Part shown: one piece after another, positions 10,308 through 19,830 of the stretch
Position numbering within the stretch: the first letter of the stretch is position 1
How the letters are laid out: each line of letters starts with the position of its first letter
NCBI RefSeq assembly: GCF_001652585.1
Contig: NZ_LWLG01000002.1
Span: 210,001 to 242,000, forward strand
Reading direction: 5' to 3'
Source: Thermosulfurimonas dismutans
Lineage (GTDB): Bacteria; Desulfobacterota; Thermodesulfobacteria; Thermodesulfobacteriales; Thermodesulfobacteriaceae
Length of the DNA stretch: 32,000 bases
The notes under the pieces: generated by a model
Seen by the model: the letters and a program-made list of their open reading frames with translations, nothing else
Told to the model about the DNA's origin: nothing
Database searches by the model: none
Position numbers and translations under genes: made by a program

Positions 10308-11047
10308 GGCTTTCCCCAATAGTCTTTAAGTTTGCCTTCGGCAAGAGCTTTGGTCTCTTCAAGAGCCTTCTTATAATATTGGGAGGTAAGCAGCCGTCCC
10401 TCAGTAGCCGCCTTGGTTTCTGGATAATTTTCAAGAAGATAGAGTAGCCGATAGTAGGCTCCGCGGTATCTCCCGGTGCGAAAATAGAAACGAGCTACAT
10501 AAAGTTCGTGGGCCGCCAATCTCTCGCGAGCCTTGGCGATCCTTTTTCGGGCCTCATATACGTAGGGAGAATCGGGATAGTTTTGGATCAATCTTTCATA
10601 GGCCTCAATAGCCTTTTTGGTGTTAGTTTGATCGCGATCTGGAGAAAGCATCATGTGGTAGTAACTAGTTCCGATCTGAAAGATCACGTAGGGGATGGCC
10701 TCATTGGTAGGATGCAACTTTTCAAATTCCTCGTAGAGCACCGCGGCTTCAAGATACTTACCGGCAAAAAACTTGCAATCCGCAAGTTTAAGTTCGGCCC
10801 ACAGGGCATAAGGAGAATCCGGATACCGATCCCGAATCTCCTCGAAATCCTTTTCTGCAAGTTCATAGTATCCCTTTTCAAAATGCTGACGGGCCCGCTT
10901 CACCAGTTCCCAGAGTTGGGCCTCTGGAGGTTTGGCTTCTTTCGTAAACCAAGAAAGAAGCCCACCCCGCTTTCCCTCTCGCCCACCACAGGCAGAAATT
11001 GCCAAGAGCAAAAATAAAACCAGCCCTAAAGAAACATACCTTTTCAC
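10298..11047 (-). CDS. bamD: Outer-membrane protein assembly factor BamD (YfiO-type TPR lipoprotein)
   Basis: 249 aa. Lipobox LLAISAC. Repeated TPR-like helices (YYELAEKDFEEIRDRYPDSPYA, AGKYLEAAVLYEEFEKLHPTNE, YERLIQNYPDSPYVYEA) typical of BamD. Confidence 0.8.
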   Translation of the reverse strand: MKRYVSLGLVLFLLLAISACGGREGKRGGLLSWFTKEAKPPEAQLWELVKRARQHFEKGYYELAEKDFEEIRDRYPDSPYALWAELKLADCKFFAGKYLEAAVLYEEFEKLHPTNEAIPYVIFQIGTSYYHMMLSPDRDQTNTKKAIEAYERLIQNYPDSPYVYEARKRIAKARERLAAHELYVARFYFRTGRYRGAYYRLLYLLENYPETKAATEGRLLTSQYYKKALEETKALAEGKLKDYWGKPYP

Positions 11048-11976
11048 GATCGATTCCTCTCGGAAAGATAAGTCTCAGCACTGTAGGCTGCGGTGGCTCC
11101 GTCGCCGGCGGCAGTTACAATTTGACGGCAAGCCTTCGCCCGTACGTCCCCAGCCGCAAATACACCAGGCACAGAGGTTCGCATCTCTGAATCCGTAATG
11201 ATAAATCCCCTTTCGTCTAAGGCCACCACCCCCGTTAGCCACTCGGTCTGGGGCTTGATCCCGATAAAAATAAAAACTCCACCTACTTCTAAGATACTTT
11301 TCTCTCCGGTCTTACAATTTTTGATCCGCACTCCCTCTACCTTTTCCTTCCCCAGGATCTCTTCCACCACCGAGTCCCAAACGAATTCAATCTTAGAATT
11401 GGCAAAGGCCCGTTCTTGAAGAATTTGCGTGGCCCGCAACTGATCCCGTCTATGGATAAGATAGATCTTTTTGACAAAACGGGTAAGAAAAAGGGCCTCC
11501 TGCACAGCGGTATTCCCTCCGCCTACCACTGCGATAACCTCGTCTCGGAAAAAGGGACCATCACAGGTAGCACAATAAGAGACTCCTTTCCCGGTAAGCT
11601 CCTCTTCCCCAGGCACACCCAGTTTTCTATGGGTGGCCCCGGTGGCAATTATCACCGCCGGGGCCGCAAGCACCTTACCATCGGCCAGATGAATCAAGCG
11701 CAGCTCATCTTCCACCGTAAGACTTACAACCTCTTCATTGAGAGGCTCAAGGCCTAAGGCCCTGGCATGGGCAGTAAAACGCTCCATGAGCTCGGCCCCG
11801 GAAATGCCTTCCGGGAAGCCCGGATAATTTTCCACGAAATCCGTAACCAGAACCTGACCTCCCGGAGAAAACTTTTCGATAAGGAGGGTCTTTAACCGAG
11901 CCCGAGCAGCATAGATATAAGCCGTAAGACCGGCCGGCCCCCCTCCAACAATAATAAGATCAAGATCTCTAGACAT
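11044..11976 (-). CDS. trxB: Thioredoxin reductase (NADPH)
   Basis: 310 aa. FAD-binding GGGPAG, the redox-active CATCDG, NADPH-binding VVGGGNTAVQEA, and C-terminal GVFAAGDV. Confidence 0.93.
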   Translation of the reverse strand: MSRDLDLIIVGGGPAGLTAYIYAARARLKTLLIEKFSPGGQVLVTDFVENYPGFPEGISGAELMERFTAHARALGLEPLNEEVVSLTVEDELRLIHLADGKVLAAPAVIIATGATHRKLGVPGEEELTGKGVSYCATCDGPFFRDEVIAVVGGGNTAVQEALFLTRFVKKIYLIHRRDQLRATQILQERAFANSKIEFVWDSVVEEILGKEKVEGVRIKNCKTGEKSILEVGGVFIFIGIKPQTEWLTGVVALDERGFIITDSEMRTSVPGVFAAGDVRAKACRQIVTAAGDGATAAYSAETYLSERNRS

Positions 11977-12302
11977 TACGCCTCAAGGACCTTGGCAATT
12001 ACAGCCTCAATAGTGCTTTTGGCCACGGCCCCGGTGATACTTTCCACCGGCTGACCATTCTTGAAAAAGATAAGCGTAGGAATGGCCCTTATGCCGTATT
12101 TACCAGGGGTTACCGGATTTTCGTCCACATTGAGTTTGCAGACCTTGAGTTTGCCCTGATACTCTTCAGCCAATTCCTCGATCACGGGGGCAATCGCCCG
12201 ACAGGGACCACACCAGGCCGCCCAAAAATCTACCAACACCGGAATCTCACTTTGGAGTACTTCGCTTTCAAAGTTTTGATCCGTTACTTGACAGACCGCC
12301 AT
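11976..12302 (-). CDS. trxA: Thioredoxin
   Basis: WCGPC active site and a typical 108-aa length when started at MAVCQVTD. That ATG (12302) has an AAAGGAGG RBS, so the longer track ORF (to 12383) is probably over-extended. Confidence 0.92.
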   Translation of the reverse strand: MAVCQVTDQNFESEVLQSEIPVLVDFWAAWCGPCRAIAPVIEELAEEYQGKLKVCKLNVDENPVTPGKYGIRAIPTLIFFKNGQPVESITGAVAKSTIEAVIAKVLEA

Positions 12303-12370
12303 CCCAACCTCCTTTTTGGTTTCTAAATTTTCTTCAAAAGATTTCCTTAAAAGATAATCAAAGCCCGACT

Positions 12371-13684
12371 TCAAGACAAGCACCCAAGAAATTCCGTTAC
12401 AAAAGACACCGAAACGATTTGCATTCCAGAGGTCTCAAAAGAACGGCTTTCTAAAGGTGGGCAGAAGGCTCGTTTAAATCCAAGCCGTTGAGCCTCCTTG
12501 AACCGGCTCTCAAGGAACATCACCGGCCTAACCTCTCCTGAAAGGCCTACCTCCCCGATGAAAACGCTCTTATTAGGCAATCTTTTATCGAGACGGCTTG
12601 CAAGAAGGGCCGCACAGACCGCAAGGTCTCCAGCCGGTTCTTTTATCTTTAAGCCTCCAGCCACGTTCAGAAAGACATCTCGATCGAAAAATGAAATCCC
12701 GGTAGTCTTCTCCAAAATGGCCAGCAACATAGAAAGCCTATAGGGATCAAATCCCACGGCCGTACGCCTAGGGGCCGCAAGATGGCTCTTTACCACCAAG
12801 GCCTGGATCTCCACTAATAGGGGGCGAGTGCCTTCCATGGAAGGAAAGATCGCTCCCGTACCCTCGGATAAAAAGAAAGACGATGGATTTTCCACCGGTT
12901 TAAGCCCCTGTTCGGTCATCTCGAAGACTCCGATTTCATCCAGTGCCCCAAAACGATTCTTTATCGCCCGTAAAATCCGGTAAGGCCCGGTGCGTTCGCC
13001 CTCAAAGTAAAGAACAGCATCTACCAGATGTTCCAGCACACGGGGGCCAGCAAGGACTCCCTCCTTTGTCACGTGTCCCACAATAAAGACTGCCACTCCC
13101 TCTTCCTTGGCGTAACGTAAAAGAGCCGAAGCCGCCTCTCGCACCTGCGAGACCGATCCGGGCGCTGAAGATATTTCCGGGAGATAGACCGTCTGAATAG
13201 AGTCCACGATGAGGATTTGGGGACGGAAGGCCCGAACTGCCGAAAGGGCCGCCGAAAGATCGGTCTCGGCCACAAGGTAAAGATCTTCGGTTAGACCCAA
13301 TCTTTCGGCCCGCAAACGGATCTGTGCCGGAGATTCCTCCCCAGAAAGATAAACCACGGTGAGCCCCTGACGCAGATAGGCCTGAGCCGCCTGAAGTAGG
13401 AGGGTGGACTTTCCAATTCCGGGATCGCCTCCGATGAGGATAAGTGAAGCCGGAACCAGCCCGCCCCCAAGCACCCGATCAAACTCCGAAATCCCAGAAA
13501 CGAATCTGAAGACCCTTTCTTTGGGAATCTCGGACAGCTTGAATACCTGGACCTTTTCCTTAGTTTTGGAAAGACGCTTCTTTTCGGGCTCTTCCACCAA
13601 AGCGTCCCAACTCCCGCAGGAGGGGCATTTCCCGAGCCATTTGGGAGATCGATATCCGCACTTCTGACAGTAAAAGGCCATCAA
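12371..13684 (-). CDS. radA: DNA repair protein RadA (Sms)
   Basis: 437 aa. N-terminal zinc finger [15 protein letters not shown], Walker [11 protein letters not shown], the KNRFG motif, and a Lon-like C-terminal domain ([12 protein letters not shown]). Confidence 0.93.
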   Translation of the reverse strand: MMAFYCQKCGYRSPKWLGKCPSCGSWDALVEEPEKKRLSKTKEKVQVFKLSEIPKERVFRFVSGISEFDRVLGGGLVPASLILIGGDPGIGKSTLLLQAAQAYLRQGLTVVYLSGEESPAQIRLRAERLGLTEDLYLVAETDLSAALSAVRAFRPQILIVDSIQTVYLPEISSAPGSVSQVREAASALLRYAKEEGVAVFIVGHVTKEGVLAGPRVLEHLVDAVLYFEGERTGPYRILRAIKNRFGALDEIGVFEMTEQGLKPVENPSSFFLSEGTGAIFPSMEGTRPLLVEIQALVVKSHLAAPRRTAVGFDPYRLSMLLAILEKTTGISFFDRDVFLNVAGGLKIKEPAGDLAVCAALLASRLDKRLPNKSVFIGEVGLSGEVRPVMFLESRFKEAQRLGFKRAFCPPLESRSFETSGMQIVSVSFVTEFLGCLS

Positions 13685-14052
13685 AGCTCCAATAGGCTTT
13701 CTCCCAGAAGGGCCTTCAATTCCCTTTCGGCCAGGTCTGGATCTGGAAGATTGTAATAGAGGATTTTTCGGAGATGGCTAAGACTAGAAAAATCTATACT
13801 TTTGAGTTTTACCGCGAAACCGTCCTTACCTTGTCTCACCACTTCGGCCTCGAACTGAATTTCGATTCGGGGCTCAAGACCGGAAAGAAAAAAACGGATA
13901 AAAATATCCTTCCCCAGAGGAGGCTTCTTTTCCGAGAAGAGATAGGCCCCTCCGTAAGCCAGGTCTTTCAAGCGGGCTGTAAATCTTCCTTCTTCGGTTT
14001 CAACCACGGCCTCAGTAGGAAAAACTACCCGAGAAAATCTTCGACGCTCCAT
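13681..14052 (-). CDS. PilZ-domain protein (putative c-di-GMP receptor; the second motif is variant)
   Basis: 123 aa. RRRFSR supplies RxxxR. About 21 residues later, DLAYGG sits in the place of D/NxSxxG (Ser to Ala). ATGA overlap with the radA start. Confidence 0.7.
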   Translation of the reverse strand: MERRRFSRVVFPTEAVVETEEGRFTARLKDLAYGGAYLFSEKKPPLGKDIFIRFFLSGLEPRIEIQFEAEVVRQGKDGFAVKLKSIDFSSLSHLRKILYYNLPDPDLAERELKALLGESLLEL

Positions 14053-14080
14053 ATTCCTCTATACTCATAAACCTTTTGAA

Positions 14081-14112
14081 TAAAAATAAAAAGCGGGGTC
14101 CTGTGCCCCGCC
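14081..14112 (-). terminator. Rho-independent terminator ending the molybdoenzyme/porin operon
   Basis: The minus strand reads GCGGGG-CACAGGA-CCCCGC followed by TTTTTATTTTT, ~45 nt after the porin stop codon. Confidence 0.65.
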
Positions 14113-14157
14113 CAATAGTAATCTATATATAATAGTAGTTAGAGATAAGCAATACTT

Positions 14158-15729
14158 TTAGAACAAGTACTGATACATTACCCGAAAGCGCCAGTCTTCC
14201 TCGGTCTCGTCATCCCAAGAGAGACCGTTAAGGCCCATCTTCGCAACCTCCGCAACCGAAGGCTTAGCAGTCTCGATCATGAGATAGGAAACGTCAAAGG
14301 TTATGTACTGGTTGAAACCGTGAAAATAGTAGTTCACCCCTACCATGAACTGTTGCATGTAGTCCTCAATCGCATACTTACCATCCTTGGTCTTTAAAAG
14401 ACCAACTCCACTCTTGATGGCGTCCTCAAGTTTGTCGTCCGTCAAACGTTCAAGATACGCATACTTGAAGGTCATCTCCCATTTGCGCGGCACCCAAAAA
14501 TACCCCAGGTTTACCCGAAAACCCATCCGATCCCAAGTCTCCTCATCATGCCCACCAACATTGCCCTTGTCCGGATCCTGGATGAATTCCTCCCAGGCCC
14601 ACTCCACATCCGCCGAAAACCCTTTGTAGCGAAAAAGCAAAGCCGCATCAAAACCATAATTCTCTACGTCGTGGTTTCTAGATATGCTTTCCAACTCCGC
14701 ATCCGTATCTGTATTGGTGTAGTATGTCCCAACCCTATTCTTAGTCCAGAATCCCGAAAGAACCAGGGCCAGGGCCGGCTTGGTGTTGTAGCCGTAATCC
14801 CCCTGCATGAAGTAGTTGTTGAAGGTGCCCGGGCCGAGAGGGCCACGCGGGTCGGATCCGGGAAGGATATTGAAGGCCACGCGCCAGGAATAAAGATGAT
14901 CGTCGCTGGCGGTATTCCTGTTACCCTGGGTGTCCCGCCCGTTGTACCACCCAAACCAATAGGCCAAAAACTGCTTTTTGCCGAAGAGATCGAGCGCCCC
15001 GTTCACGTTGATCCCCTGCGAGCGGTAGAGGAGCATCCCCCCGATGGGAAAACCGTTGCTTAGTAAGTGACCCCCCACCTTGAGCTTCGGCGTCCCAGCA
15101 TAAGGCCAGTAGCCCTCACTGTCGTCCGTAAATATCGTCCGGTCCGTGCCGTTCTGCATAAATCCGCTCTGCCAATACTCCATGCTCATCGCCGGGATCT
15201 TCATCCGCCCAAACTGAACCTTGAAAAAGGGCGCATATCTCTGCCAGATCACAAAAGCATCGTGTACATTCACACTGCTTTTAGGTTCAAGCTGGACATG
15301 AACATAATATTTCCAGTCGCGGTTCGGGGCCGTGCCGTCCACGAAAAACCTAAGACGCCTCATGTTAAAGCTGCTGTAGTTCTCATCACCACCAGAAAAG
15401 TCCTCGTCACGGCTCATGTAAGTGTAGCGAAGCTGTATCCCCGTCCGAAAACGAAACTTATACTCCCGGTCCTTCTCCGGATCCTTGTACTCAATCCGAA
15501 AACCATTCTTCCAGTAGGCCTTCCAGTTCGCCGGGGCCTTGCTCTCCGCCGCTTTTTCCTCCCGGGCCTGCCTCCTCTCTAGCTCCTCTATCCGCTTGAG
15601 AAGCATCTGCACCTGGGCCTTCAAAGCCTCGATCTCCTCCTGTTCGGTCATGGCCTTAAGAGAGACTGGTTGCCAGGTCCAAAACAACAACCCTACCAAA
15701 AAACCCACTAGCCATTTAAATAATTTCAT
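14158..15729 (-). CDS. Outer-membrane beta-barrel porin (OprO/OprP-like phosphate/anion-selective porin family or a relative) with an N-terminal coiled coil
   Basis: Signal peptide MKLFKWLVGFLVGLLFWTWQPVSLKA. Heptad-like EEIEALKAQVQMLLKRIEELERRQ. The long body has alternating aromatic/polar residues and is rich in Gly and Tyr. The C-terminus is YQYLF with a terminal Phe. The start is set at the ATG at 15729, which has a GGAGGTG RBS; the track ORF start at 15783 overlaps the upstream gene. Confidence 0.72.
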   Translation of the reverse strand: MKLFKWLVGFLVGLLFWTWQPVSLKAMTEQEEIEALKAQVQMLLKRIEELERRQAREEKAAESKAPANWKAYWKNGFRIEYKDPEKDREYKFRFRTGIQLRYTYMSRDEDFSGGDENYSSFNMRRLRFFVDGTAPNRDWKYYVHVQLEPKSSVNVHDAFVIWQRYAPFFKVQFGRMKIPAMSMEYWQSGFMQNGTDRTIFTDDSEGYWPYAGTPKLKVGGHLLSNGFPIGGMLLYRSQGINVNGALDLFGKKQFLAYWFGWYNGRDTQGNRNTASDDHLYSWRVAFNILPGSDPRGPLGPGTFNNYFMQGDYGYNTKPALALVLSGFWTKNRVGTYYTNTDTDAELESISRNHDVENYGFDAALLFRYKGFSADVEWAWEEFIQDPDKGNVGGHDEETWDRMGFRVNLGYFWVPRKWEMTFKYAYLERLTDDKLEDAIKSGVGLLKTKDGKYAIEDYMQQFMVGVNYYFHGFNQYITFDVSYLMIETAKPSVAEVAKMGLNGLSWDDETEEDWRFRVMYQYLF

Positions 15730-15752
15730 GTCCCGCACCTCCCACAAATAGT

Positions 15753-16427
15753 TTAAAGTTTTCTTTGAAGTTTTCCCCACCATTTAGGATGGTGAGTTTT
15801 TACATATTCTTCCGGGAAGGTTCCGGTCTCAAACATGGCCCGATAGCCTTTACGATTTAGAGGATGAAGGGCCATGTAAATATGAATAGGAAGGATTACT
15901 AAGAAGATAAAGAACCCTACATCATGGAAAAATCTAGCCCACCGCCAGGTATTAGGCTCAAAAGCATCTTTAAACATAAGAATACAACCCGTAACAATCA
16001 TAATAGCCGTAGTCACAATGGTGGTCCAGGCTAAAAATTTTTGTCCTATATTATATTTTCCGAAGTTAGCAGGTTTGAAACCTATGTAGTGTTTCAAAAG
16101 CTCTCGTATCCCCTCTGCCATTCCTCCTTCTGGCCATATCTGCCAACTAGCCATATTCTTTATCTCTCGCAAAGCAAAAGGAATGGCATAAACTATAAGA
16201 CCTAAACCGGCCAATCTGTGAAACACCATCGCTACCTTCATTCCCCCAGAAAGATAGGTAGTTTCTGGTGAGAACCAAGTAAATGGTATCCAGAAAAAGT
16301 AGAGAAGCCAACGGAAAGCATGGGGAGCGACTTGGGGAAGCCCCGTAAGGAAAAAAACGAACATAAAATGGAGATAATGCATATGAAAAGTCCGCTGAAA
16401 TCTATTAAAAGTTTGGATTTCCTGCAT
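15753..16427 (-). CDS. Membrane di-heme cytochrome b subunit (FdnI/PhsC family)
   Basis: 224 aa with 4-5 predicted TM helices and conserved-looking His residues in the helices (FHMHYLHF, VFHRLAG, FFHDVG, LPIHIYMALH). AAAGGAGG RBS. It follows the Fe-S subunit by 15 nt. Confidence 0.78.
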   Translation of the reverse strand: MQEIQTFNRFQRTFHMHYLHFMFVFFLTGLPQVAPHAFRWLLYFFWIPFTWFSPETTYLSGGMKVAMVFHRLAGLGLIVYAIPFALREIKNMASWQIWPEGGMAEGIRELLKHYIGFKPANFGKYNIGQKFLAWTTIVTTAIMIVTGCILMFKDAFEPNTWRWARFFHDVGFFIFLVILPIHIYMALHPLNRKGYRAMFETGTFPEEYVKTHHPKWWGKLQRKL

Positions 16428-16442
16428 GGTAGCCTCCTTTAT

Positions 16443-17225
16443 TTATTCTTGTTCTTCTTTGCCTAAACTATAAAGGAAATGGCCTATAATCCCGGCAGCA
16501 CTAGCTCCAAAAAGGACCCAACCGATGGTTCTCACGGCATCCAGGGCCTCGATTTGTCCCCTTTCAGCTCCCGGCCTTAAGGCATAATCTTCAAGATAAG
16601 CCGCTGGACCTACCGTGACCCAGTGAAGATAGCCCGTAGCATCGCTTACTTTTTCCGCTCCGTAGACCTGAAACTTTTCTCCGAGGTGCTTTTCATAGTT
16701 CTCGGCCCGACGATAGGCCTCCTCTAACACTTCCTCCCGCGTCCCGAAATAAAGGGCTTTGGCCAGACAGGCCTCTACACAGGCCGGAGAGAGGCCGGCT
16801 TCGATCCGGTCGTAACACATGAAGCACTTGTAAGTCTTTCCGAATTTGGCATTAAAATTGGGGACATCAAAAGGACAGGCTTCAAGACAAGCCCGACATC
16901 CGATACACTTTTCTTCATGAAGCACCACTACCCCATAGGGTTTAACCTCAATGGCTGCCGCCGGACACCGCCTGGCACAGGGGGCGTTTTCACAATGCAT
17001 GCAATGTCTGAGTTCGGTAACCGGCATAGCAGTAGGAAAAGTCCCCCCTACACGGAGAATAGGAAAAATGTAACGCAGCTCCGGTCTTCTATCCGCAAGG
17101 ACCTTTTCTGTATTTCCGCGGCCATCCCGTGCTAAACGGGCCCGGTTTTCAATGCCACATTGCACCGAACAAGCAAAACACCGCACACAAGCCTGCATAT
17201 CATAAAGCATACTTACTCTAGTCAT
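16443..17225 (-). CDS. Four-cluster [4Fe-4S] ferredoxin subunit with a C-terminal membrane anchor (FdnH-like)
   Basis: 260 aa. Cys motifs CVRCFACSVQC, CMHCENAPCARRCP, CIGCRACLEACP and CFMCYDR...PACVEAC. The C-terminal TM helix IGWVLFGASAAGIIGHFLYSL is followed by an acidic tail, the same layout as E. coli FdnH (recalled from memory). Confidence 0.88.
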   Translation of the reverse strand: MTRVSMLYDMQACVRCFACSVQCGIENRARLARDGRGNTEKVLADRRPELRYIFPILRVGGTFPTAMPVTELRHCMHCENAPCARRCPAAAIEVKPYGVVVLHEEKCIGCRACLEACPFDVPNFNAKFGKTYKCFMCYDRIEAGLSPACVEACLAKALYFGTREEVLEEAYRRAENYEKHLGEKFQVYGAEKVSDATGYLHWVTVGPAAYLEDYALRPGAERGQIEALDAVRTIGWVLFGASAAGIIGHFLYSLGKEEQE

Positions 17226-17227
17226 GA

Positions 17228-19756
17228 TTAAGCCCTCCTAATTTTGATAATCACATCCTGAGTGGCATGTCCCCCCTGCAAGGGAGCGAAATGAAGCTTT
17301 GAAAAGTGGTTCATATTTACCCCATGTTCAGGCAAAAAGACCAAAAACTTCTTAAGCTGAGAAAAGACTCCTGCCCCTACTCCATAATAAGTAAAAAGAG
17401 CATCCGGATGCACTAATGGGGTAATCCACACCCGAGCTGTGGCTCTAATTTCTGGGTTATGTGCCGGAAAGACCTCCACCACATCTCCATCTTGAATACC
17501 CAGCTTTTGGGCTCTTTCGGGATGGATCCAGAGACGATCAAGGCCTATCTGATCCCAAATTTCTCGTAATAACGGATTGTTCCTGGTTTGTCCGCCGGTA
17601 AAGGAGTTCAAAGGCGAAAAACCGGTAGTAAGTATAAATTCATCCTCTGCAAGCTGGCCTTTCTTCTCCTCCCACCAGAAAGGTGGGGCCCAAGAAGGCA
17701 GGGGATTGGCATATTCAGCAAAGGGATATCCCTTTTCTTTGAACTTCTTGTAAGTCTCAAGAAAGGTGAGACTAAAGATTTCTATTTCATGCGTTAGGGT
17801 CTTCTTTTTGATCTTATAATTCTGTTTTCCATACCAGACCCCTTCTTTTTTAAGCCTCTCAAGGGTAATCCCGGGATATTTTTCATCAAGGCCTTCTAGC
17901 TGTTTGCGCCATCCGTATTCCCAGCCTCCTCGCACAAAATCTCCAAAATATTTCTCAAACTCCTCGGAAAAAAGAACTCTTTTAGCAAGTTCCACCATCA
18001 CCCAATCTCCCGGACGAGCTTCAAAGGGGGGCTCCACCGCTTTCATGTTCATGGCTACGGTAGGGAAAGACTGTTTAAATTTTACATGTAAGGCTTCGTT
18101 TCTTTCAGGAAACATGGTATCTGGCAGGATAATGTCCGCATAGAGACAACTTTCATCCATAAAAGGCGTCATACAGACAATGAGCTCCACTTTATCTAAA
18201 AGCTTTATTAACTCTACTGAACCCGCTGAACCACCGATAAAGTTCTGCCCCATGGCGAAAATCACTTTAGGTTCATAGGGTTTACCTGTCCGAAGGGCCT
18301 CAAAGACGAAACGCCGTCCGGCCTTGGGTATAATGAAAGGATAACCTTCTTTTTTTTGATAATACTTGGTGATCTGAATCCTCTTGGGTTTTTTAACTTT
18401 GGGAAGAACCCCGTGGAGCTTAACCTTGGGAATACCCCCAATACCGCCCTTCTTCTCCCAGCATCCGAGGAGTGTGTTTACCAAACCAATAGCATGAAAT
18501 TGTCTCAGAGAGTTAGCGTATCGTTCGGAATACCAACCGGTATCCACAAAAACTTGAGGTTTATTTTTGATTAGTTCTTCGGCTATCGCTTCAATCTCTT
18601 TGGCCGGGACGGTAGTAATTTTTTCTGCCCATTGGGGAGTATATCTCTCAAGAGCTCGGGAAATGGCCTCAAAAGCCGTAATAACTTTCTTGCCTTCTAT
18701 TTCAAATTCTCCTAAAAGAGCAGGTTTGGAGGCCTGAGACTTAAAGACGGCCTTCCCTTGGGCCTCATCCCACACCAGGTATCGCATCGTCCTCTTTTTT
18801 ACCGTTTTATCCCCCTTCTTTTCCTCTTTCTCTTCAATTACAGCTTTAAATGGCTCAAGGGTCTCAGGATCTATAAGCATGCAGGCATTGGTCTTTTCTA
18901 TAAGGTAAGCTTCATCATAGCCTTTCTTTTTCACAATCACATGCGCTAGGGCTAAATGAAAAGCCGGATCTGTCCCCGGCCGAATAGGCAACCAACGGTG
19001 GCCCGCACCTTCAATAGATTCATTAGGGAACCTGACGTCTACCGATACCAGACGGAGACCGTTCCGTTTCCCTTCCGCAAAAAAGGTTCCGAATTGATAA
19101 ACGCAAAGGCCGCCTCCCGGATTTCGCATAGCCAAGACCCCAAACTTAGCATTAGGATAATCCATCCAAACTGCACCTGGAGATATAGGACGACCAAAGT
19201 AACCCCCTAAACCCCAATCGTGGCCGGCAGAATGGCAGGTATCGGCATAAGAGATGATATTTGGAGTACCGTAAAGATGCCAGAAAGGTTTGTCTATCCC
19301 CGCGGCCGAGGTAAACCGCGGCAGATACACCACCTTCTCCGGGGCTTCCTTCCTGTACTTTTTCAATACCTTCGCTATCCGATCCAGCGCTTCCTCCCAA
19401 CTGATGCGTTTAAACTTGCCCTCACCCCTCTTTCCTACGCGCAACAGGGGATATTTAAGACGATCCGGATTGTAGACCGCCGCCGGGGTCGACCGACTGC
19501 GCCCACAAATACCCGAGTAAGGGAGATGAGGATTGGCCTCCATTTTGATAAGCTTTCCATCCTTTACTATCCCTATAGCTGGGCACTGCTGAGCACACAT
19601 CCGACAGCGCAAAGGAACCCTCTTTTCCACTCCAAAATCGGTAGGAGTGGGCGCTTTAGTCCGGGGGCTAACTACATCCCCCAAACGAATAAAAGGAGAA
19701 AAAGCCGCCACACCGCTCAGTTTTAAAAACTTCCGTCTGGAAATCTTGGCCTCCAT
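17228..19756 (-). CDS. Tat-exported molybdopterin (bis-MGD) oxidoreductase catalytic subunit, substrate unknown
   Basis: 842 aa. Twin-arginine signal ISRRKFLKLSG. FS0 cluster motif CRMCAQQC-x27-C (C-x2-C-x3-C-x27-C). Typical MopB length and layout. No in-frame stop, so it is not a selenoprotein. Confidence 0.9.
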   Translation of the reverse strand: MEAKISRRKFLKLSGVAAFSPFIRLGDVVSPRTKAPTPTDFGVEKRVPLRCRMCAQQCPAIGIVKDGKLIKMEANPHLPYSGICGRSRSTPAAVYNPDRLKYPLLRVGKRGEGKFKRISWEEALDRIAKVLKKYRKEAPEKVVYLPRFTSAAGIDKPFWHLYGTPNIISYADTCHSAGHDWGLGGYFGRPISPGAVWMDYPNAKFGVLAMRNPGGGLCVYQFGTFFAEGKRNGLRLVSVDVRFPNESIEGAGHRWLPIRPGTDPAFHLALAHVIVKKKGYDEAYLIEKTNACMLIDPETLEPFKAVIEEKEEKKGDKTVKKRTMRYLVWDEAQGKAVFKSQASKPALLGEFEIEGKKVITAFEAISRALERYTPQWAEKITTVPAKEIEAIAEELIKNKPQVFVDTGWYSERYANSLRQFHAIGLVNTLLGCWEKKGGIGGIPKVKLHGVLPKVKKPKRIQITKYYQKKEGYPFIIPKAGRRFVFEALRTGKPYEPKVIFAMGQNFIGGSAGSVELIKLLDKVELIVCMTPFMDESCLYADIILPDTMFPERNEALHVKFKQSFPTVAMNMKAVEPPFEARPGDWVMVELAKRVLFSEEFEKYFGDFVRGGWEYGWRKQLEGLDEKYPGITLERLKKEGVWYGKQNYKIKKKTLTHEIEIFSLTFLETYKKFKEKGYPFAEYANPLPSWAPPFWWEEKKGQLAEDEFILTTGFSPLNSFTGGQTRNNPLLREIWDQIGLDRLWIHPERAQKLGIQDGDVVEVFPAHNPEIRATARVWITPLVHPDALFTYYGVGAGVFSQLKKFLVFLPEHGVNMNHFSKLHFAPLQGGHATQDVIIKIRRA

Positions 19757-19784
19757 ATCGACCCCCTCTCACTTATTTTCCGAA

Positions 19785-19818
19785 GGGGCTGACCCTATCT
19801 TCAAATCGGTACAGCCCC
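19785..19818 (-). other. GC-rich intercistronic stem-loop between the micro-ORF and the molybdopterin subunit gene
   Basis: The minus strand reads GGGGCTG(T)ACC - 13-nt loop - GGTCAGCCCC, a 10-bp stem with one bulge. It is followed by TTCGGAAAATAAG rather than a U-tract, so it is not a canonical terminator. Confidence 0.4.
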
Positions 19819-19830
19819 TTTTTACTTCAA

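Noticed and set aside
17228-19756. Possible selenocysteine-containing formate dehydrogenase, given the FdnH/FdnI-like partners.
   Set aside because: The reading frame is uninterrupted with no in-frame TGA. The protein is much shorter than FdnG, and no SECIS-like context applies. It is kept as a molybdoenzyme of unknown substrate.
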